This document shows, piece by piece, positions 9,069 to 17,900 of a DNA stretch of 25,698 nt. Numbering within the stretch: position 1 is the first letter of the stretch; every line of letters starts with the position of its first letter. The stretch covers positions 1-25,698 of the forward strand of contig CAYLZE010000072.1 of NCBI GenBank assembly GCA_964388035.1, written 5' to 3'. The DNA comes from an uncultured archaeon. GTDB lineage: Archaea; Asgardarchaeota; Lokiarchaeia; Sigyniarchaeales; SOKP01. The position numbers and the translations under genes were made by a program. The notes under the pieces are model-generated. The model did not search any database. It saw nothing but the letters and a program-made list of their open reading frames with translations, and had not been told where the DNA came from.

Positions 9069-10463
9069 ATGGAAGAAAGTAGTATCGATATAAAACATAG
9101 CATGGGAAATATGGCAAGTTATGGCTTTGGATCCATGTCCCGCGAATTCCTGGGAATGGCTTTTAATACCTTCGTGTTTTTTTTTTATGAAAGTCAAATT
9201 GGTCTGAACGTATGGTTAATTGGTATTGGTCTGACCATATTCTCAATTTACAATGCGATCAATGACCCCTTGGTCGGCTATCTGACCAATCGCCCCTTCA
9301 AGTTCACCAAGAAATGGGGACGGCGGTTTCCGTGGATCCTTATAGGAGGCATCCCCATGGGAGCGTGTTATTTTCTATTATTTTCCCCGCCACAGGTCGA
9401 TCCTCAAGCAGATGCTTGGATTCTGTTCTTATGGTTAATCATGGCTACGGTGTTGTATGATACGTTTCAGACAATATTCTTTGTTAATTTTCAGGCCCTT
9501 TTCCCGGACAAGTTCCGCTCTGTTGAAGAGAGGAGAAGTGCCACGGGGATTCAGATTAGTTTAGGAATAGTTGGTGTTGCTTTGGGTTCAATCATACCCC
9601 CTCTTCTTATCGACTTTGGAAATTTAAGTTCCTATATGCTTCAAGGGGCAGTCTGCATGATCATTAGCACGGTAACCATGCTTATCGCAATTCCGGGAAT
9701 TAGAGAGGATCCCCAGACAATTGAGCGATATCTTACCTCCCAAAAAAAGGCAGAAAAACGAAAATCTTTTGCTAAACAGACCATGCAATCCTTTAAACAA
9801 CGTTCATTCGTTGCTTACATCTTTCTCTACTTGATGTATCAAACATTAGTTCCATCCATGACGGGGTCTCTTCCGTATGTAGTTCACTACATTTTAGGCA
9901 TGCCGGCAAGCGCTACGACCATCATCATGGCTGCAATGTTAATCGGAACTCTATGTTCCATTCCTTTATGGATCAGATTAGCGAAAAAGACGAATGATAA
10001 TAGAAAGGTAACCATAATTTCCGCTTTCTTAATGGGAATTTTTACAGCACCCTTAATCTTTATAAATACGTACATTCCTTTGATCATAACCATGCTGATT
10101 TGGGGTGTTTCTTTGGGAGGTTTTTGGAGCATGATATTCCCCGTTATGGGCGACCTCATCGATGAGCACGTCTCTATCTATGGGACGCGGGAAGAGGGTA
10201 CCTTAACGGGAATTCAACAGTTTTTCGGCCGTCTTGGGCTCATAATCCAGTCTTTCAGCTTTGCGCTTGCTCATACGCTCACGGGCTTCGTGGAAAGCTC
10301 TGAGACTCAAACACCTCTTGCTATATGGGGGATTCATGTCCATTTAGCCGTTGTTCCCATGATATGTATCCTGTTGGGTGCATTTGTTTTTTGGAAATTT
10401 TGTGAATTAAAGCCAAATAAGATTGAAGAACATCAAGCGAGAATACACCAATTAAAACTCTAA
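9069..10463 (+). CDS. MFS transporter, GPH family, tandem paralog of 7424..8818
   Basis: Same length (464 aa) and same motifs (NAINDPLVGYLTNRPF, WGRRFPW, QQFFGRLG). Confidence 0.93.
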   Translation: MEESSIDIKHSMGNMASYGFGSMSREFLGMAFNTFVFFFYESQIGLNVWLIGIGLTIFSIYNAINDPLVGYLTNRPFKFTKKWGRRFPWILIGGIPMGACYFLLFSPPQVDPQADAWILFLWLIMATVLYDTFQTIFFVNFQALFPDKFRSVEERRSATGIQISLGIVGVALGSIIPPLLIDFGNLSSYMLQGAVCMIISTVTMLIAIPGIREDPQTIERYLTSQKKAEKRKSFAKQTMQSFKQRSFVAYIFLYLMYQTLVPSMTGSLPYVVHYILGMPASATTIIMAAMLIGTLCSIPLWIRLAKKTNDNRKVTIISAFLMGIFTAPLIFINTYIPLIITMLIWGVSLGGFWSMIFPVMGDLIDEHVSIYGTREEGTLTGIQQFFGRLGLIIQSFSFALAHTLTGFVESSETQTPLAIWGIHVHLAVVPMICILLGAFVFWKFCELKPNKIEEHQARIHQLKL

Positions 10464-10578
10464 ATTTTTTTTAATTTTTTACTTCTATTTTTAAATGCAT
10501 GATAATTTCAAGTTTCAAGATTGAAGCACGAGTATGCTTTTATACCCATAATATCATGAGTTAAGTTACTTGATAACC

Positions 10579-10863
10579 ATGGTTGTCGTAAAAATTAAAA
10601 ATAAAAAGGCTCTTGAACAACTTCAGGCAAAATTAACCATGAGGATGGGTAGAAAAATAACTCAACAAGAAACCCTCGATTATTGCATTATATTAGCCGA
10701 TCGAAACATTGATAAGTTGGTTCAGTTGGCGGAAAATATTCCTACTCTCACGCCAAGTAAATTTGATTACTTTATTGAAAAACGGGATAAATTAGTTGAT
10801 GTACCCTACGATATTTCCAAATAGATTCAAAATTTGGATGATGAAGAGATGTATAATCTCTGA
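10579..10863 (+). pseudogene. Putative VapB-type antitoxin interrupted by an in-frame TAG at 10822-10824
   Basis: Small protein with a ribbon-helix-helix-like N-terminus (MVVVKIKNKKALEQLQAKL...ITQQETLD). The frame continues past the TAG as IQNLDDEEMYNL*, ending 12 nt before a PIN-domain start. Confidence 0.55.
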
Positions 10864-10875
10864 GGAACATAAAAA

Positions 10876-11007
10876 ATGGCAATTTTTCTTGATACAGGTT
10901 TTTATTTGGGATCATGTCATCCGAAAGATAAAAATGCAGAACCAAGGAAGAGAATTTTTAAACAATTAAGTGAAGGCGTTCATGGACCTTTTTTTATTTT
11001 ATTATAA
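10876..11007 (+). pseudogene. vapC: Truncated PIN-domain (VapC-like) toxin, 43 aa stub
   Basis: Not in the ORF track. MAIFLDTGFYLGSCHPKDKNAE has the PIN N-terminal hhhDT motif, with GAGG upstream. It runs into AT-rich sequence and stops long before the remaining catalytic acids. Confidence 0.7.
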
Positions 11008-11046
11008 TTATCATCTTTTTTAAAGTCGTAATCTTTAATTATATTC

Positions 11047-11826
11047 ATGTCATCAAGCAAATTCAATTTTGGTGAACATATTGAATTTGAGGTTCAAAAA
11101 AGATTTGGGATAATTACCCTCAATAGAGTGCATAGATCCAATGCGTTTACCATTGATCAATTAAGATATCTTAAAAAGTCAATAATATATTGCCAAGAAA
11201 GTGAAAAAGTAAGAGTTTTGATAATTACCAAAAATGGATATTCATTTATTACGGGTATGGACTTGGGATTCATTGACGGAAGCAATAATGAGGAGGTAAA
11301 GGAATTGGAATCGACTGCGGCAGAAATATGCGAGTTATTATTTAATGGAAAACCGGTAATTTGTGCAATTAACGGACGTGCCATGGGTGAAGGGGTGGTA
11401 TTTATTTCCTGCTCGGACTATAAAATTGCGGTTCAAAATAGTTTTTTTCAAATGCCCGAGATTTATTCGGGAATCTTTCCAGGGACGGGATGTACAATTT
11501 TATTCTCGAAAATCCTGGGAATAAACTGGACGAAAAAACTATTAATGTTTGCGGAGAAAATTGATGCTCAAAAGGCGTTAGATATAGGTTTAATAGATGA
11601 AATTGTAGATTCAAAAGAAGAGCTAATGAAGAAGGCATTAGATAAAGCGAGATTTCTTTCTACCAAGCAACAAGCGGTTCTTAATGCGATTAAATTGTGC
11701 TCGAATCATTTTTCCTCCATGGCATACAGCAAGGCATATGAATTAGAGAAAGAAGCTTCTGCTTGGTATGAACATGAAGATCAAGCTCAATTTGTTGACA
11801 ATTTCAGAAAGAATTTTATTCAATAA
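11047..11826 (+). CDS. Enoyl-CoA hydratase/isomerase (crotonase) family protein
   Basis: IITLNR...NAF, FITGMD, KPVICAINGRAMGEG, FQMPE...FPG and ALDIGLIDEIV. Confidence 0.92.
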   Translation: MSSSKFNFGEHIEFEVQKRFGIITLNRVHRSNAFTIDQLRYLKKSIIYCQESEKVRVLIITKNGYSFITGMDLGFIDGSNNEEVKELESTAAEICELLFNGKPVICAINGRAMGEGVVFISCSDYKIAVQNSFFQMPEIYSGIFPGTGCTILFSKILGINWTKKLLMFAEKIDAQKALDIGLIDEIVDSKEELMKKALDKARFLSTKQQAVLNAIKLCSNHFSSMAYSKAYELEKEASAWYEHEDQAQFVDNFRKNFIQ

Positions 11827-11885
11827 TTTGCTTATTTTCCTTTTTTTATTAAATTTTAAAAAGAAATAGATTTTAGTTCTGAAAA

Positions 11886-12671
11886 TTATAATTGATACAG
11901 GTCTGTTCTTCGATCTTTAAAAAGATCATTCAATTCATTTATTTTCTTATTTCGGGCATCCATGACATTTATGGCTACAAAATCGACATGTGATGTTTCT
12001 TTCGGTCCTGACGAAAGGATCTCTCCCTTAGGCGAAGTGATTTGACTCTTTCCCGTAAATTCAAAATCATCCTCCCCCCTTTTTTCATGCCCTATGCGAT
12101 TGGCGGTAATTGCAAACACGCGATTCTCAATACATCGGGTGGTCATGGCTTTTTGGCAATAGGGGAGAACGAGATTTGCCGGATGAGCGATGATTTCTGC
12201 TCCTAAAAGGGATAAGGTTCTTGCTACTTCGGGGAAAATCCAATCGAAACAAATCATTATTCCTATTTTCATTCCATTTGCTTCAATAACCTTTAGTGGT
12301 TTATTTCCCGGATTGAACCATGAATTTTCCTTGTAAAACAATTGGACTTTTCTATAAACATGCAAGACTTCGTTTTTATCCACTAACATGGCTGAATTAT
12401 AGAAATTATTTCTTTCTTTTTCTGCAAATCCACCCACAACCAGTCCATTAATCTTACTTGCTATTTTCATTAGAAACGCGGCGGTGGGACCGTTGACTTC
12501 CTCGGCATATGATTTCATCTCTTCTTTAGAAATGAAGGTATAGCCGGTTGCGAATAATTCGGGCAAAACTAAAAGATCTGCCGTACGTCCTTTGATTAAA
12601 TTTTTTATTTCCTTGAAATTTTGTTCTTTATTTCCAAAGATTGGGTTAGTTTGAACATATGCGACAATCAT
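11886..12671 (-). CDS. Nitrilase-superfamily carbon-nitrogen hydrolase (amidase-like)
   Basis: Catalytic triad E (VLPELFATGY), K (YRKVQL) and C (ICFDWIFPE), plus ANRIG. The ATG at 12671 is preferred over 12680 on promoter spacing. Confidence 0.92.
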   Translation of the reverse strand: MIVAYVQTNPIFGNKEQNFKEIKNLIKGRTADLLVLPELFATGYTFISKEEMKSYAEEVNGPTAAFLMKIASKINGLVVGGFAEKERNNFYNSAMLVDKNEVLHVYRKVQLFYKENSWFNPGNKPLKVIEANGMKIGIMICFDWIFPEVARTLSLLGAEIIAHPANLVLPYCQKAMTTRCIENRVFAITANRIGHEKRGEDDFEFTGKSQITSPKGEILSSGPKETSHVDFVAINVMDARNKKINELNDLFKDRRTDLYQL

Positions 12672-12688
12672 TGATCTCATTACTTTAA

Positions 12689-12709
12689 AGAAAATTATAA
12701 AAATTTTCT
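12689..12709. promoter_or_regulatory. Symmetric bidirectional BRE/TATA promoter candidate
   Basis: AGAAAATT-ataaa-AATTTTCT inverted repeat enclosing TTATAAA, centred 26 nt from ATG 12725 and 28 nt from ATG 12671. Confidence 0.6.
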
Positions 12710-12724
12710 AATTTACTGATCCTC

Positions 12725-13504
12725 ATGTCATTAAAAAATATTGATTTTGGAGCTCACATAAAATTTGAAGTGAAAAAGAGATTTGGCATCATTACCTTGA
12801 ATAGACCCGAGCGAGGAAACGCTTTAACTCTTCCCATGCTACAAGATTTAAGGAGGGCCCTCCTCTTCTGCCAAGATAACGAAAAGATCCATGGAATCGT
12901 GCTCACGGGAGAGGGGAATTCATTTACAACGGGGATGGATATAGATTCCATTGATGCTAATAATCACGATATGGGAATGGATTATGAACGCACGGCGGCG
13001 GAAATCGCAGATATCATTTTCAATGGAAAACCATCCATCTGTGCAATAAATGGAAAAGCAATGGGTGATGGTGTAGCTTATTCTTTATGTTCCGATTTTC
13101 GCATGGCCACAGAAGATTGTTACTTCCAAATGCCGGAAATATTAATATCCGTGTTTCCAGGAGGGCGCACCGTAGCTCTGATGGCAAAAATAATAGGAAT
13201 CCCTTGGACAAAAAAGATTTTAATGTTTGCAGAAAAAGTGGACAGTGAAACTGCTAAAAGAATAGGTTTAATTGACGAGATAGTAAAAAGCAAGGAAGAT
13301 CTAATGGATAGAGCCTTGCAAAAAGCTAAATTTTTATCCACAAAGAATCAAATGGTATTGAACCTTATAAAATTGAGTAGCAATCACTTTCTTGATAAAT
13401 CTTATAGTCAAGCATATGATTTGGAGAAGGAAGCATTAATTAATTGGATGGATGCAAATAGCACCGAGGAATTCATTAACACCTTTAGAAGAAAGGTTAT
13501 ATAA
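12725..13504 (+). CDS. Enoyl-CoA hydratase/isomerase family protein, paralog of 11047..11826
   Basis: Same length (259 aa); LNRPERGNAL, FTTGMD, AINGKAMGDG and FQMPE. Confidence 0.92.
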   Translation: MSLKNIDFGAHIKFEVKKRFGIITLNRPERGNALTLPMLQDLRRALLFCQDNEKIHGIVLTGEGNSFTTGMDIDSIDANNHDMGMDYERTAAEIADIIFNGKPSICAINGKAMGDGVAYSLCSDFRMATEDCYFQMPEILISVFPGGRTVALMAKIIGIPWTKKILMFAEKVDSETAKRIGLIDEIVKSKEDLMDRALQKAKFLSTKNQMVLNLIKLSSNHFLDKSYSQAYDLEKEALINWMDANSTEEFINTFRRKVI

Positions 13505-13630
13505 AAGCGAACTTGTTTAAATTTTTAAAGAAAAAAGGGTTTGCAATATTTTTCTCATTCCTTTGTTTTAGAAATAATTTATTCATTAATATCATAATGT
13601 TTAAATCTTGAGTACAAATTATTTATCATA

Positions 13631-13646
13631 ATTATCTATAGATAAT
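13631..13646. promoter_or_regulatory. Perfect 16-bp palindrome upstream of alba
   Basis: ATTATCTATAGATAAT, just downstream of a TTATTTATCA TATA-like element. Confidence 0.4.
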
Positions 13647-13730
13647 ACTTCGAAGAGAAACTTATTCTCAGAAAAGAAAAAAAAAAGATCAGTAGAAATA
13701 GGACGATTTAGAGAGAAAAGGTGATTTTAA

Positions 13731-14024
13731 ATGACCGATTCGGATTCGGATTCTAAAGTATTTATAGGCAGGAAGAAATCAATGAGTTATGTCATGGCTG
13801 CGATGGTAAACCTTGGAGCTGGAAAACCCTGCAAGCTGCTCGCACGAGGAAGATCCATCACTCGAGCGGTAGATGTGGCGGAAATTCTGCTTAGAACATT
13901 CGCTCCAGGTTCAAAATATGGGGAAATATTCATTGGTACGGAAGAAATAGAGAATGAAGATGGCTCCAAGTCGAACGTGAGCTCCATTGAAATTGAGATT
14001 CTGCCTTCAAAAGCAGGCAATTAA
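13731..14024 (+). CDS. albA: DNA/RNA-binding protein Alba
   Basis: VFIGRK..MSYV, ARGRSITRAVDVAE and IGTEE...NVSSIEI; GGTGA RBS. Confidence 0.95.
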   Translation: MTDSDSDSKVFIGRKKSMSYVMAAMVNLGAGKPCKLLARGRSITRAVDVAEILLRTFAPGSKYGEIFIGTEEIENEDGSKSNVSSIEIEILPSKAGN

Positions 14025-14114
14025 GCAAGCAATCAAGTAATCATTATTAAATGATAAGGTTGCGAATAAATCTTAATAACCATTTGAATTAAGAATCAAT
14101 CTTAAGGATTCATA

Positions 14115-14149
14115 GGAAATCAGGAGATTTTCCGCTTTTTTTTCTTTTT
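14115..14149 (+). terminator. Hairpin plus T-run terminator after alba
   Basis: GGAAATC-agga-GATTTTCC followed by gcTTTTTTTTcTTTTT. Confidence 0.5.
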
Positions 14150-14205
14150 ATAATTTAATTTTTGCTTTTTGGAGTAGAGAAGATTTAAAGAACTTAGCCA
14201 TTTCT

Positions 14206-14508
14206 TTAAGAACATTTGGCTTTTAGTTGTTCCAAGGAGGCTTGCATTGCTGTAATATCTTCTGAGTTTAAAGTTCCTCCCGCCTTTTTTGTTATTAAGG
14301 TTAAAAATTGGTGGATAAGAGGATCTTCTTGAACAATTAACGTCTGATTCATGGTATTCACGCTAAGAATTAAAGCAGAATCCAATTTCGTCCCCATTCC
14401 CATAATGTCCTTTAATATCAATTCATTATTTTCCGTGTAGTTTACAATTACTACATCTTCAGCCAATTGATCATGATCTTTATTTCTTAATACTTTGAAT
14501 TCACACAT
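14206..14508 (-). CDS. CooT-family nickel-binding protein with C-terminal helical extension
   Basis: N-terminal MCEFKV (conserved Cys2 if the start is ATG 14508), then EDVV, LILKDIMG and ILSVNTMNQTLIV, matching the CooT pattern. Confidence 0.75.
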   Translation of the reverse strand: MCEFKVLRNKDHDQLAEDVVIVNYTENNELILKDIMGMGTKLDSALILSVNTMNQTLIVQEDPLIHQFLTLITKKAGGTLNSEDITAMQASLEQLKAKCS

Positions 14509-14620
14509 GATAATCACGAAGTTACAAAAATTTGTAATCTATTCATTAGAAATAATACACAAAAGCTAAAAATTTTTATTAAAATAGTTAAAAATTAGAG
14601 AATTATTTTGGCAGTATCGT

Positions 14621-14998
14621 TTACACGGGATTTTGTGATCCATTCGCATGCTTTTGAATATTATCCAATAACCTTTGCAAAGGAATGGGCTTTTCTTTAA
14701 AACTTTTAATACCTAACGAAAGGGCTTCTTCCCTCACGGTTTTATCGGCTGTAGCCAAAATAATTCTGGAAGTATTATCAATATTTAATATCTCTTTCGT
14801 TGCTTCGAGACCACTCTTTAAAGGCATCCTATGATCCATTATTATAATATCAGGTTTTTCTACAAACTTTTTAAATTGATCAACAGCATCGTTCCCTTCA
14901 ATGGCAGTTCCAATTATTTCATGACCGTTTAATTCTAATGCCATTTTGTATAATCTTCTTATGGATTCATCATCTTCCACGATGAAAATTTTAACCAC
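14621..14998 (-). CDS. Stand-alone response regulator receiver (CheY-like)
   Basis: IVEDD, PDIIIMDHRMP (phospho-Asp), ATA and KP; no output domain. The GTG start at 14998 follows GGAGGT and overlaps the kinase stop codon. Confidence 0.95.
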   Translation of the reverse strand: MVKIFIVEDDESIRRLYKMALELNGHEIIGTAIEGNDAVDQFKKFVEKPDIIIMDHRMPLKSGLEATKEILNIDNTSRIILATADKTVREEALSLGIKSFKEKPIPLQRLLDNIQKHANGSQNPV

Positions 14999-17900
14999 TT
15001 TTTTCAACCTCCGGAAAAATGATAATAAATTTCGTCCCTTGCGTGTGATCTTGGGGTACTTTATTTTCTACACTGATAGTAGCACCATAGATGTCTAATA
15101 TCTTTTTAACCAAAGAAAGCCCTAAACCCAGGCCACTAACACTTCGATCTTCTTTAACACCCCGTATGAAGATGCTCTGTTTTTTCGCATCGGGGATGCC
15201 GTTTCCATTATCAGCAAATTCTATCTTGATTGCTTTTGATCCCAATTGGAGAATGAATGATGCTTTGATTTCAATTTGGATTTCTGAATTATCATTATGT
15301 TTTATAGAATTTATCAATATATTCTCGAACACATCAATGAGAAAATCATCGGCGAGAACCGGAAGATCTTCGCTCTCAAGGTCTAACTGTATCTTTATTT
15401 CTTTTTCGAAATACCCTTTTTTTATTATAGTAATCGCTTCTTTTAAAGTCTTGCTAACATTAATCGGTTCCAATTTTTTTTCACTTTCATCTAACTCAGA
15501 AAACTTGGTTACATTATTTATTAGACTAGTACCGCGATCTACTTGTCGTTTCATTTCGCGCAACATTTCTTTTGGTTCTAATGATTTATCTGAATCCGGT
15601 AATTGTAAAAGCGAGAGTTCAAGCGCGATTAAAATGCCTTGCAAAATATTATTCATGTCATGGGCAAACAAATCTTTATAAAAATTTTCTCGTTCATATG
15701 CATTTCTGTATTTCAATTCTGATTCTTTCAATAACTTTTCAGTGTTTTTGCGCTCTGTCATGTCGGTTGTAAGAATGAAAATTAATTGACTTCCATCATT
15801 TTTCGTTAATTTTGTGTAGCGATTGTTTATATAACGACGGTTTCCATTTTTTGTTTTAATCCAGTATTCTAATTCTTTAAATGAAGCATCATTATCAATG
15901 ATAAATTCACTAGTCGCTTCCATTATTCTCTTTTTTCCATCCGATGCCACAAAATCGCTTAAATCCATGAGTTCAAGTTCTTCTGCGGAATATTCAGTTA
16001 TCTGGCAGATTTTCTTGTTTACAAACACGACGCTATCATTTTCTATCATCATCAAGCCATCTTGTATATTTTCTGCCATTCTTTTAAAATTCTTTTCGCT
16101 TTCTTTTAGTTTTTCTTCTGCTTCTTTCCTGTCAGAAATATCAATGAAAATCACTAAGGCCGCAGGACGCTTCTGATATTCGATACCTTTTGAATATAAA
16201 TTTGCCCATCCAAGGGTTCCGCTTTTACGGATAAATCTTATAATATAATCATGAATGCTCATATCATAGTTCAATTGCTTTATTCGTTCTTGATTTTGGA
16301 CAAATTCCTTGTCTCCGGGAGGGAATAAGTTTAGATATTCCAATGGTTTCCAATTTTTAATTTCCTCGAATATATATCCAAAAATGTCAAGCAGGGCTTG
16401 ATTTGCATATTTTATTATATTATCTTGAATGATACTTATGCCCATAAAAGATTGCTCTGCAATATTGCGAAACATTTCCTCGGATTCTTTTAGTTTTTGC
16501 TCTGCTTCTTTAGTTGCAGTTATATCCTGAATAAATCCTTGTAAATAATCCTTGCCTCCCAATTTTACCCTAGAAATTTGACTTAGAACGATTAATTTTT
16601 TTCCTTCCTTTGTTACAATATTAAATTCAGATGGTTCTAATCTTTCTCCTTGTAATAAACGTTTGAATCTTGTTCTTACTTCGGGTAATAAATCTTTTGA
16701 AAAAGTTGAAAATTGAGTAAAATGCTTGCCAATCAATTCTTGTCTTTCATATCTAAATTTTTTGACTGTCGACGAATTTGCATCTACGACATTACCTCGC
16801 AAGTCATATAATATGATCGAAAAAGGCGCATTTTCAAACAAATCACGATATTTTTCTTCCGATTCTTTTAATAATTTTTCAGAAATTTTTCTTTCTGTGG
16901 TATCCGTCGTTAAAATAAAAGTAATTACAGTATCTTCATCTTTTTTTAAGTGCGTGTATCGATTGGTGATAAAGCAATATTGACCTCCTTTTGTTAATAT
17001 CCAAAATCCTAATTCCTTTCGTGCTGTATTACTTTTCCAAACTTTATCATATGATCCTTCCAACTTTTTCTTATCTTCTGGAACTACTAAATCAAATTCC
17101 GTCATTCCTTTAAGCTCTTCCCTGGAATATCCTGTAATTTCAACAATCCGATCATTTAGAAAGATAATATTGTTATTCTCTATAATCGTCAATCCATCGT
17201 GGATATTTTCTGCCAAGCTATTAAAAGTTAATTCACTCTCTTTTAATCTATCTTCTGTAGATTTTCTACCCGTGATATCAATAAAAATTCCTAAATCTGC
17301 CGGTTTGCCATTATAAACTATGGTATGACTATACATATCAGCCCAAAAGATGTCCCCATTCTTCTTAACTCCTCTAAACTGATAATTCTTAACAACGTCT
17401 TCATCCCCTCTTTGCTTTTTAGTCCACTGCTCCAAGACATAATCCCGATTATCGGGATGAATCAATCTAGCGATGTCTTTTTTGTTCCAGTTCATTAATT
17501 CTTCAATAGAATAACCAGTTATATCCGTAAATTTTTGATTAACATATTTGAACTCGTTATCTTGACTAATAAAAATGCCCATTATGGATTGTTCCGCAAC
17601 GGATCGAAATTTTTCCTCCGATTCTTTTAAATTCTGATGAATTAATTTCCTTTCACTTATATCTAAAATTATCCCTTGATAATGGGTAATCAATCCCTCC
17701 TCATTTCTCCTAATCCAGGTATGATCTTCCACCCACCGAATGATTCCATCTTTAGCATAAATTCTATATTCTTGAGTGAATTCCTTTACTTCTTGCTGCG
17801 AATATTGGAGGATCTCCGCCTTTATTCGCTCCCGATCCTCAAGATGAATTACGTCCTCATAAAAATATTTCTGCGAATAAAAATCTTCGGGTTCATAGCC

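Noticed and set aside
10876-11007. Both gene stubs (1746..1877 and 10876..11007) are exactly 43 codons
   Set aside because: Homology ends before each stop and no shared junction sequence is visible, so this is treated as coincidence.
14029-14149. SECIS element or tRNA after alba
   Set aside because: No in-frame TGA selenoprotein candidate nearby, no convincing SECIS core, and no cloverleaf or T-loop motif.
15091-15681. 196-aa plus-strand ORF and other ORFs antisense to the kinase, cdhC, lysA and the crotonases
   Set aside because: They lie fully antisense or out of frame within well-supported genes and have no motifs of their own.
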